A stretch of DNA of 24,000 nt, taken from assembly GCA_028751075.1 (NCBI GenBank), contig JAQZDA010000001.1, forward strand, positions 84,005 through 108,004, read 5' to 3'. The position numbers and the translations under genes were made by a program. This document shows, piece after piece, positions 7,797-14,817 of this stretch. The stretch is from Euryarchaeota archaeon Ods02. Lineage in GTDB: Archaea; Halobacteriota; Halobacteria; Halobacteriales; Halorutilaceae. The notes under the pieces were generated by a model, which was not told the origin of the DNA, made no database searches, and saw only the letters and a list, made by a program, of their open reading frames with translations. How positions within the stretch are numbered: the stretch's first letter is position 1; each line of letters opens with the position of its first letter.

Positions 7797-8529
7797 ACAG
7801 GGGGGACAGGCAGGAGACTCGACGTACGAGGTTGAATTGTTCGGGGAGACAGTGGAATACGCGGTTGGCGTTAGTTCTGATGCGACTGAACCCCGGATTG
7901 ACGTAGATATCAACGGTGTTAGAGTGGTTCTGCCAGTTGATTCGGACAAGGATGCTGAAAGGTTGATGCAGGAGAACGCTAACTGGGTGCTACGCAAGAA
8001 AGAGAAATACGAAGAGTACGAGAAAGAGGCTCCGGACCGAGTGTTTGAGGAAGGTGAAGAGTTCCCATACAAGGGAGATAGTTACGAGCTTGACGTTGCA
8101 GACATCGTAGCAAGTCAGGTAGATGGGAACTACATCAGGTTACCTCGTTCACAGGTGGATAACTCGGATATTCAGGAGGTTCTTCAGGAGTTCTACCGGG
8201 ATAGAGCAAGGGAGTTCTTTGAGGTGAAAGTTGAGGAGTATTCTGACGAGTTGGATGTAGAGTACGAGAGTGTCAGCATTCGGAATCAGAGGACTCGATG
8301 GGGTAGCTGTTCCGCGAAGAAGAACTTGAGTTTCAACTGGCGGTTAATCATGGCTCCGCCAGAGGTCGCAGAGTACGTCGTCGTACATGAGCTCGCTCAC
8401 CTCGTTGAGAAAAATCACACGAAGAAGTTCTGGTTAACGGTAAAAGACCTCATGCCGGATTACAAGGACCACGCTAACTGGCTCGACGAAAACAGCACTC
8501 AGCTGATATTCACAGTAGAAGACCTATAG
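7789..8529 (+). CDS. DUF45 / YgjP-like (M48-related) zinc metallopeptidase
   Basis: HExxH zinc motif in the characteristic context YVVVHELAHLVEKNHTKKFW, preceded by RWGSCS..KNLSFNWRL. ATG 7789 overlaps the hsdR stop (ATGCCTGA, 7789-7796). The track start at 7780 is TTG. Confidence 0.8.
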   Translation: MPEQGGQAGDSTYEVELFGETVEYAVGVSSDATEPRIDVDINGVRVVLPVDSDKDAERLMQENANWVLRKKEKYEEYEKEAPDRVFEEGEEFPYKGDSYELDVADIVASQVDGNYIRLPRSQVDNSDIQEVLQEFYRDRAREFFEVKVEEYSDELDVEYESVSIRNQRTRWGSCSAKKNLSFNWRLIMAPPEVAEYVVVHELAHLVEKNHTKKFWLTVKDLMPDYKDHANWLDENSTQLIFTVEDL

Positions 8530-8550
8530 TGAGCAATTCCATCATCAGGC

Positions 8551-9468
8551 TTAATTCTGCATCAGCATTTTATCGAGCATCCTTGAAGTACGTTTGTTGC
8601 CGTCAAGTTCATCGAACATCTCCTCCGTAGCGACGAATGTAACGTCCTCTACAGACTCCGATGGTTTTGATTCTCTCGGAGCGAAAAGGAATAGAGCATC
8701 TGAGACATCAGCGTATTTTTCCAAACGTTTCTGTCTCTCAGCTGTTTTATCGTTGCCTCCTTGAGTCATTTCAGCCATTATTAGTTTATCTTGATTCAAC
8801 CCCGTGTGGCCTATCACATCAACGTCCTTCTGTTCTACACCAAGTTTTGATACTCGACGAAACGAAGACAGGGTAAGCCTCAGGTACTCTTCCGCACATA
8901 TTTCTAATTTAGTTGGGGTAAGGCTGGAAGCTTCATACGGCAATGGTTCCTGCTGATAGACCGATTCGACGATTTCTCGTTCTATTTGCTTCCAATTACA
9001 AGCAGCCCAGTGTGGGATATGTAAATCCGGGTCAAAAAGTATCGGGGCTTCTTTAGGGGTTACTCTGATTAATCTCTCTTGGTCAAATCTCAGGGCTTTG
9101 AACACATTTTGGTAATCTTGGGGATTTAAATCGGCTTCCCCATAAGGCTCTATTTCGATAGGTTCTAACAATTTCTCCTTAGTGGCGGGAATTATGCATG
9201 TGGCTTCGGGCTTTCCTATTGCCATCCTACCAATAGGGTTGTAGTAAGCGAGCGTGAGGATGTTCTTTTCTACTGCTTCGTTCAGCGAATTGATTTCAGA
9301 CTTCGCCTTCCAGTACCATTCTTCACCGTAGTAATCTGGTTCTAATGTTGGTTTATCGCCCCAATGTAGTAGTCCGTACCCCTTCTCGTAAGCTTGCTCG
9401 TTGTATTGGAATTTGGTCACAGGACCGTCAGCATGATTCAGCCATTTCGGATGGGTCATACAACCCAA
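8551..9468 (-). CDS. Hypothetical protein, no family recognised (possible C-terminal nuclease-like core, very tentative)
   Basis: A 305-codon ORF convergent with the R-M operon. It is among the most AT-rich coding stretches in the window. Only a weak pattern was seen: EEYLR...KDVDVIGHT...LIMAEMTQGG. An alternative start exists at MTHPKW (9459). Confidence 0.45.
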   Translation of the reverse strand: MGCMTHPKWLNHADGPVTKFQYNEQAYEKGYGLLHWGDKPTLEPDYYGEEWYWKAKSEINSLNEAVEKNILTLAYYNPIGRMAIGKPEATCIIPATKEKLLEPIEIEPYGEADLNPQDYQNVFKALRFDQERLIRVTPKEAPILFDPDLHIPHWAACNWKQIEREIVESVYQQEPLPYEASSLTPTKLEICAEEYLRLTLSSFRRVSKLGVEQKDVDVIGHTGLNQDKLIMAEMTQGGNDKTAERQKRLEKYADVSDALFLFAPRESKPSESVEDVTFVATEEMFDELDGNKRTSRMLDKMLMQN

Positions 9469-9583
9469 TACTGCGTAAATTACAAAGTTCTTATGCCCCC
9501 TCCTGACGAATTAAACCAGAAATCTCTCTCGGAGGGTTTGATAGTACCTTAAGGTTTTAGTTCTCTTGAGTTAGACTAAGAAC

Positions 9584-10549
9584 ATGGCATCCACTCCAGA
9601 GTTAGGATTTAATGAGTTAGAACCTCAAGAGGTCCGCGATTACTGGGACGACGAAGCCCGGGACTTTACGCCCTGGCTTGCTGAATCGATTTCGTCCGAC
9701 GAGGCTTCTCATCTATCTGACGTGCTGGGGTTGGACCTGGAGGTAAAGGAGACAGAGAAGAATGTCGGTAGATATCAAGTCGATATCTTAGCGGAAGTTG
9801 TAGACGACGGAAGGCAAATCGTAATCGAGAACCAGTTAAACGACTCTGACCACGACCATCTCGGGAAGTCTATCGCGTACGCAGCGGGTTTAGACGCCGA
9901 TATCATCGCCTGGATAGCCCCCACCTTAAACGATGAACACAGGGATGCCATACAGTGGCTGAACCAGAACAGCAGGGAGGGAGTGGATTTCTTCGCTATT
10001 CGGTTGGAGGTCTGGAAGATTGAGGAATCCCCTCCAGCGGTTCGTTTCAATCCGGTTGAAGACCCAAGTGAGTGGAAAGAGAAAGCTCAGAGGTCGAGGG
10101 ATGAGCTTACTGAAACGAAGAAGCTTCAGGAAGCCTACTGGACGACGTTCCGAGATAAAATCCGGGAGAGAGATACACCGTTGAGACCGCGGAAACCGAA
10201 GCCCAAACACTGGTACAACAACCCTATTGGGAAGTCTGGATACAAGCTCCAATTCACGGTCAATACAAGAGAGAACCAGCTATACTGTCAGTTAGTCATC
10301 AAGGATGATGCTGAGGGATACCACGAACTCGAACGCCAAAGAGAGGAGATAGAAGATGAGATGAGTGTTTTGGATGAAACCTTGTTGTGGAGACCTCCCG
10401 AAGAAGGGGATAGTGACTGGAGTAAGATAACTCTAACAAGAGAAGGATACTTAGAGAACGAGGATGCTTGGGATGAGTATCACGACTGGATGTTTGAATG
10501 TGGAGAAACATTCTACGAAGTATTCTATGACAGAATTCAAGAGCTATAG
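9584..10549 (+). CDS. PD-(D/E)xK nuclease-superfamily protein with DUF4268-type C-terminal domain
   Basis: The core YQVDILAEVVDDGRQIVIENQLNDSDHDHLGKSIAYAAGLDADIIAWIAPTLNDEHRDAIQWLN matches the conserved pattern of this family (DIla...vvIENQl..tDHdHLGk..tYaag..a..viWia..f..eHr.al.WLN). Transcribed divergently from 8551-9468. Confidence 0.7.
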   Translation: MASTPELGFNELEPQEVRDYWDDEARDFTPWLAESISSDEASHLSDVLGLDLEVKETEKNVGRYQVDILAEVVDDGRQIVIENQLNDSDHDHLGKSIAYAAGLDADIIAWIAPTLNDEHRDAIQWLNQNSREGVDFFAIRLEVWKIEESPPAVRFNPVEDPSEWKEKAQRSRDELTETKKLQEAYWTTFRDKIRERDTPLRPRKPKPKHWYNNPIGKSGYKLQFTVNTRENQLYCQLVIKDDAEGYHELERQREEIEDEMSVLDETLLWRPPEEGDSDWSKITLTREGYLENEDAWDEYHDWMFECGETFYEVFYDRIQEL

Positions 10550-10680
10550 AGGCAGATAGATGGAGATTGGTGTTGATGGTGCTGACGGTGGTTGGTTTGG
10601 AGTCACACATGACGAGGGCTCGTATGGATGAAGAAGAAGTTCCTCTTCCGCGAGATAATTGTGTACAGAGAATTTCGAGG

Positions 10681-12303
10681 TTAGTACTTGTTCTTACTCG
10701 GAACTCTGATGTGTGAGAGGTCGTCGTATTTTTTGACTAACGCCTTGAGCTGTCGGTAGGTTATCCCTTCGTTGAACTCCGCACCATATTGCTCTTCGAA
10801 CCACTCCCATGCTTCATCCCACCCTTGGAGCTGCAGCAGACGGTTTGCAATACTTAACCGCTCATAGTGCTTCAGCCCTTGTATATCGTATTTCCCTTCT
10901 TCCACCGCTTCTTGAAGTTCTCTTGTCCTCGACTTACCGGTTTGCTCCGGTGACTCCGAAGAAGGGGTATTCTCGGTGTATTCTGACCCTGCGGACCCTA
11001 CATCATATCCTTCATCTCTCAGGTATTCGAAGGCCGGAGATTTGCCACCATCCGATAGATACGAAGCGCCTTCAACCACTTGCCGTATGTTCAACTTGAG
11101 TATTTTCGAGCTCCTGCTTTGACCGCCGATTACCGCTACAGCGTCACCCCCACCAAACCCTCTATCAACCCATTTTTCGTAGTCAGTTTCTGACAGTCGG
11201 AGTGGACAAGGACCTCGGACTGTGAACTCTCCGCCACAACCTTTCGCTTCGTAGAACTTCGCTGGGATGAACGTACTTTCCTCCACCCCTTCGTGGTTCT
11301 TCCTACAGTAGGCGTTGCCTTTGACCTGTAGGAAAGCGAGGCTTCTGCCTCCGTTCCCCGCGTTCGCGTAAGGTGAGAAGGGATGTCGGTTGTATCGCTT
11401 CCATTTCTTGGCCCCGTTTTTGTCCTTAGGAGGTGTTTTCCTCTCTTGTAATGGAACCTCAGCGACTTCTTTGGTTAACTCCAGCCCCGTATCTTTCCCG
11501 CCGAGCAGGAGGAGGGCATCAGAGAGGCCTTCTTCGTAGGAGGTATCAGTAGTGTCCATTAGGGCTGTATTAGCCGCTGTGGTTCGTTTGTGGGTGTACT
11601 GGAAATGGTCGAGAGGTGTCTGTATCTCTCGGTTGTCTTCTGCGTTGACTGCTTTACTTACGCATTCCTTTCTGGTGTCACCATGTTCTATTTCTACTTT
11701 GGGTAGTTCTGTCTTCGAATGACGGACTCCCGGGAGTCTGAAGGTTTGTTTACGTTTGTATATATCATCGAGTTCTGCCTCATGCTCGCTGCAGAAGTCC
11801 TTGACCTTGTTCTTCAGTAGCTTTCGTTGTTCCTCTCCGACCGCGAACTTCGGGGTATGGACATGGATGGACCGGTTTCCTGAGAAGTAGTACTGACAGC
11901 TAATGGGGTCGATATTGAGTTCTCTTAGGATTGTGTCAAACCAATCGAAGAGCACTGAGGTTTCAACGCCGTCCTCTAATGCATCGCTTTCGAGATAAAC
12001 TGGATACAATACGTCTCCGTCCTCGGTTGCTTCCTCGCATTCGGTCTGCAGTATATTGGCGATGGACGTGTCGCCTTTCCAAGGGCTGTCAGAGTCCGTC
12101 AGACGGTTCCACTGACCGTCAGAGAGGAGGTAAACCGGGCTGATGTAGCAGGCATCCTCTGGAATAGGTTGGTCCACAGGCTGTAGTGACGGAAGCTGAC
12201 GGTAACTGTCAGATGTTTTCTCGGTGTAGCGGACGCAGGCTGTGTAGCATGTTGTTTGCGCAGACGATACAACTTCAGTTGAAGCGTGTTTAGTGAATGA
12301 CAT
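10681..12303 (-). CDS. Archaeo-eukaryotic primase (AEP) superfamily primase-polymerase-like replication protein
   Basis: AEP-like motifs in order: acidic motif I VYLESDALEDG, motif II YYFSGNRSIHVHTPKF (sGxxxxH type), motif III ELDDIYKRKQTFRLPGVRHSKT. I saw no Walker A/helicase domain. Start placed at ATG 12303 (MSFTKHAS). The track start at 12414 is GTG and adds a basic G/P/R-rich 37-aa extension that looks non-coding. Confidence 0.65.
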   Translation of the reverse strand: MSFTKHASTEVVSSAQTTCYTACVRYTEKTSDSYRQLPSLQPVDQPIPEDACYISPVYLLSDGQWNRLTDSDSPWKGDTSIANILQTECEEATEDGDVLYPVYLESDALEDGVETSVLFDWFDTILRELNIDPISCQYYFSGNRSIHVHTPKFAVGEEQRKLLKNKVKDFCSEHEAELDDIYKRKQTFRLPGVRHSKTELPKVEIEHGDTRKECVSKAVNAEDNREIQTPLDHFQYTHKRTTAANTALMDTTDTSYEEGLSDALLLLGGKDTGLELTKEVAEVPLQERKTPPKDKNGAKKWKRYNRHPFSPYANAGNGGRSLAFLQVKGNAYCRKNHEGVEESTFIPAKFYEAKGCGGEFTVRGPCPLRLSETDYEKWVDRGFGGGDAVAVIGGQSRSSKILKLNIRQVVEGASYLSDGGKSPAFEYLRDEGYDVGSAGSEYTENTPSSESPEQTGKSRTRELQEAVEEGKYDIQGLKHYERLSIANRLLQLQGWDEAWEWFEEQYGAEFNEGITYRQLKALVKKYDDLSHIRVPSKNKY

Positions 12304-12342
12304 TTTTATAGCTATTACGCGTCTACCCGCAGCTGCTCGGGT

Positions 12343-12406
12343 GTGTCCGGACACAGGCGCAGGGCCACGCGACCCCCCGACAGAGGGGTATAAGTAGGGT
12401 CCGGAC
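12343..12406. promoter_or_regulatory. Paired GTCCGGAC palindromes upstream of the primase-like gene (candidate operator or origin element)
   Basis: Perfect 12-bp palindrome GTGTCCGGACAC at 12343-12354. Its 8-bp core GTCCGGAC occurs again at 12399-12406, 54 bp away. Confidence 0.35.
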
Positions 12407-12685
12407 GTCGGCACACCTCGACCCCGACTCTATCCGGCGGTCCTCGCACTATACATAGGAGGTGGTGAGGTTTATACTAAACAGCAAGAATGTGTCCTAC
12501 TACCCATCTCCACCTACACAGTCACTACGAGTGGTAGTTAGAATGGGGGTATGGAGGAGGGAACAAGTTGGGGGGGTGTCGGGGTCTCCCCTCCTCCTTT
12601 ACACCCAATACGAGCAGGTTAGTAAATAAAAAGATATACCCTGAATCCATCTGAACAAGGGTTTAAGTACCAGTGTTTCCAGCGG

Positions 12686-13225
12686 TTAGCTGGTTTCTAC
12701 GTCGAATTTATGCTCGTAACCAGGTACAGTGATGTTCAACCATTCGAGGAAATCCAACGCAGTTTGACCCTGGAGTTCGATGTTGTCGTGTCTGGCTCTG
12801 GCGTCGAAACCTGCTTCCTCCAGTATCTCAGCTCCAACTTTCGAACTACGGTCTAAACTCGTCATGTCGATTAACGCAAACTCAGTTTCTACGTCCCAGG
12901 TCCCTCTTCGCGCCCACCATAAGCTCGCTGTCTCCGGCGTCAACGTAAATTTTGAGGGTAGGGTTTTCTCCTTGTTTTTGTACCAGCGCTGCCGCCAGCT
13001 TTCTAAGTCTTCGTCCGTCGTAGTCTGGAACCTATATTTTCCCTCCGGCTCATGTCTACTGGCGTCAATACCTCCATCGAACTCCTCAACTAACCAGTCG
13101 ATGTACTCCTTTTTCTCTGACCTTTCCCTAACGAATGGATAGGGTCTGTTCTTTGATTGTATGATAGATGCTTTTCCGAACAAGATACCGTTCAGAATGT
13201 AGGTCTGTCTTACACTCAGGTCCAC
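12686..13225 (-). CDS. LAGLIDADG homing-endonuclease-like fold protein with substituted catalytic acidic residues (probably inactive)
   Basis: The pattern YILNGILFGKASI..(n)..KEYIDWLVEEF, then WYKNKEKTLPSKFTLTPETASLWWARRGTW...ALIDMTSL....AEILEEAGFDA, parallels the double-motif LAGLIDADG layout (LLGDGs...eYl.wl; W...g.K.vP..LtP..La.W..DDGs...l.l.t.sf....L...L...gf). The motifs read GK and RRG where DG and DDG are expected. Confidence 0.45.
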   Translation of the reverse strand: MDLSVRQTYILNGILFGKASIIQSKNRPYPFVRERSEKKEYIDWLVEEFDGGIDASRHEPEGKYRFQTTTDEDLESWRQRWYKNKEKTLPSKFTLTPETASLWWARRGTWDVETEFALIDMTSLDRSSKVGAEILEEAGFDARARHDNIELQGQTALDFLEWLNITVPGYEHKFDVETS

Positions 13226-13298
13226 TGCAGAGAGTTAGCAAGAGACTCCATAACGTTGTTACGATGTAGGAACACGGGAAGTAGAGTGGTTTCGCCGC

Positions 13299-13838
13299 TC
13301 ATGCTCTAACCCGAGATACAGTTTGACTTGGATTGAGAGATAAAGAAGCCTGTCTGAGGGTTCCCTCCTCTATCTCAATCCTTCTGTCAATTTCATCCTT
13401 CAGCTCACTGGACTCCTCAATATCAATGACTTTGCCGGTGAAAGGGTCGCTACAACGTAATCCATCCCCTCGGCAAAACCGGTCTATGTATTCGTCGGCT
13501 TCATCTACATCGAGAGCTTGTTTAGCTACTTCCTTCGTGTCTTCAACGACCTCTGTCCAGTTCATGCTGACGTCTGCACTGACTTGTCCGGCGAACGGAG
13601 TCGCCGACCACATCACGGGACTCTGACTTTGGTCTTTCCGGACGTAGCCTTTATTCAACATTCCGTCGAGAGACGTCTGCACGTCCCGTTCGGTGACGTT
13701 CATCCCTGCTTCACGGAGCTTCATCTGTATCTCCGCCTTCGACATACCACTCTGCATGTCATCCCTAAGGTAACGAAGGATTACGAGGTCACGAGTACGG
13801 AGATTCAACGCTGAAAGAACCATGTCCTGACTCCGCAT
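13299..13838 (-). CDS. Winged-helix DNA-binding protein (putative element regulator)
   Basis: LVILRYLRDDMQSGMSKAEIQMKLREAGMNVTERDVQTSLDGMLNKGYVRKD has a wHTH pattern (helix-turn-helix plus wing). The C-terminal half is acidic. A palindromic operator-like site lies 62-100 nt upstream. Confidence 0.55.
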   Translation of the reverse strand: MRSQDMVLSALNLRTRDLVILRYLRDDMQSGMSKAEIQMKLREAGMNVTERDVQTSLDGMLNKGYVRKDQSQSPVMWSATPFAGQVSADVSMNWTEVVEDTKEVAKQALDVDEADEYIDRFCRGDGLRCSDPFTGKVIDIEESSELKDEIDRRIEIEEGTLRQASLSLNPSQTVSRVRA

Positions 13839-13899
13839 CCAGACAAAACCACGACTCGTGAGAAGGTATTAACGTTCAAGCTCAGAATACGGAGAGAAA

Positions 13900-13948
13900 A
13901 ATCGTCGACGGCGTCGACGATGTTTCGACGGCGTCGATTGTTTATCGA
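13900..13948. promoter_or_regulatory. Tandem palindromic operator-like site upstream of the wHTH gene
   Basis: Perfect 10-bp inverted repeat ATCGTCGACG-g-CGTCGACGAT (13900-13920). A shorter second copy TCGACG-g-CGTCGA lies at 13924-13936, exactly 20 bp centre to centre. A third half-site ATCGAC lies at 13943-13948. Confidence 0.55.
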
Positions 13949-14057
13949 CACCCCGCATGGGCCGTCCTGTGGTTAACATTTGACCCATTCACAGTATTGA
14001 CGGATACGCTAACTGGCTAAAAGCCGGATAATTCAGAGATTCAGGTGAGTGTTGGGC

Positions 14058-14666
14058 TTATTCATCGACTATCTTTTTGACTGTGTTTTTTATACGGTTA
14101 TGTTTGTTACAGACGACGTTCAGACGTTTCTCTTCCTCAGATAAATTATGTGACTCAATCACGCTTCTCAGGGAATCTTCCTGTTCCATACTGTCTACCG
14201 CGGTGTTGAAAGCTTCAGTTATCTCCCCTTCCGAGAGCAATTTTTCCGACCTCTCCATCGCCTCCTCCATGTCGTGTAGATGCATCTCGACGGCCCTACC
14301 AATCGCTCCACGGATATCCTCTCCACATCGGAAGCACATGGCATTACTAATGTTGTTCTGTTTACCACACCCCGTACAGTTTATCGTGGAAAGGTCTATC
14401 TCAACGTCCTGACTCCCGTCTTTCTCGGAAGACGTGTGCTGTCGTTGCCCTCCATTCGGTTTTGTCCTACTTCTGGTGCTCGTGTTATATGCATCAGGTG
14501 TCGATTTTCTGCCCGCCGCGAGGTAGATGATTAACCCGATGAAACCAAGAAAAACCACGAGCAAGGTCCATGCGTGATGGTCCTGTCCTCTGAAACTTTT
14601 CGCATCATACCAGACCCAGATAGCGAGTGCCAGATTCACTAAAGCTAGGAACAGAATTCCAGACAT
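14058..14666 (-). CDS. Membrane protein with N-terminal two-TM PLDc_N-like domain and internal zinc ribbon
   Basis: The N-terminus ILFLALVNLALAIWVWYDAKSFRG..HAWTLLVVFLGFIGLIIYLAAGRK resembles the short PLD-N/cardiolipin-synthase-N membrane domain. CxxC-x10-CxxC is present (CTGCGKQNNISNAMCFRCG). The C-terminus is helical and acidic. Confidence 0.55.
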   Translation of the reverse strand: MSGILFLALVNLALAIWVWYDAKSFRGQDHHAWTLLVVFLGFIGLIIYLAAGRKSTPDAYNTSTRSRTKPNGGQRQHTSSEKDGSQDVEIDLSTINCTGCGKQNNISNAMCFRCGEDIRGAIGRAVEMHLHDMEEAMERSEKLLSEGEITEAFNTAVDSMEQEDSLRSVIESHNLSEEEKRLNVVCNKHNRIKNTVKKIVDE

Positions 14667-14817
14667 TAGTCTAACCTCTCTTCCCTGATTGGTACCCTCA
14701 CGCTTCTCTCATTATTCAAAGTTCCACACGTTGGATAACTTTCTAAGCATCCGAGTTAGATGTTATGCTTGAATGAAACGGGTTTAATCGAGATAGAGCC
14801 GGTAAGTGAGTGTGCGG

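Noticed and set aside
1381-8072. Numerous 60-200-aa minus-strand or alternate-frame ORFs inside hsdM, hsdS and hsdR (e.g. 1381-1986, 2257-2814, 3526-3861, 6192-6569, 6927-7349, 7536-8072)
   Set aside because: All are nested within genes that have strong family motifs on the plus strand. The translations are low-complexity and lack recognisable domains.
10580-10680. Imperfect hairpin GAAGAAG..CCTCTTC in the convergent gap between the DUF4268 gene and the primase-like gene
   Set aside because: The stem is imperfect and short, with no adjacent oligo-T. This is insufficient to call a terminator.
12304-12414. GTG-initiated 37-codon N-terminal extension of the primase-like ORF
   Set aside because: The extension (PTSGPYLYPSVGGSRGPAPVSGHTRAAAGRRVIAIK) is basic and Gly/Pro-rich, unlike the rest of the protein, and it spans palindromic repeats. 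ATG 12303 is preferred, but this remains unproven.
12472-12480. TTATACTAA shared between 12472-12480 and 16119-16127, considered as a possible att-like direct repeat
   Set aside because: The match is only 9 nt and AT-rich (TATA-like). The second copy lies inside the 3' end of the DUF4870-like CDS, beyond the tRNA. It is most likely chance.
12545-12584. Possible G-quadruplex (G5, G3, G7, G4 runs)
   Set aside because: Two of the three loops are 8-9 nt, longer than the canonical limit of 7 nt or less. The same Gs also take part in the GGAGGAGGG/CCCTCCTCC inverted-repeat region. This is not convincing without a folding prediction or experiment, so it is mentioned only within the origin-region finding.
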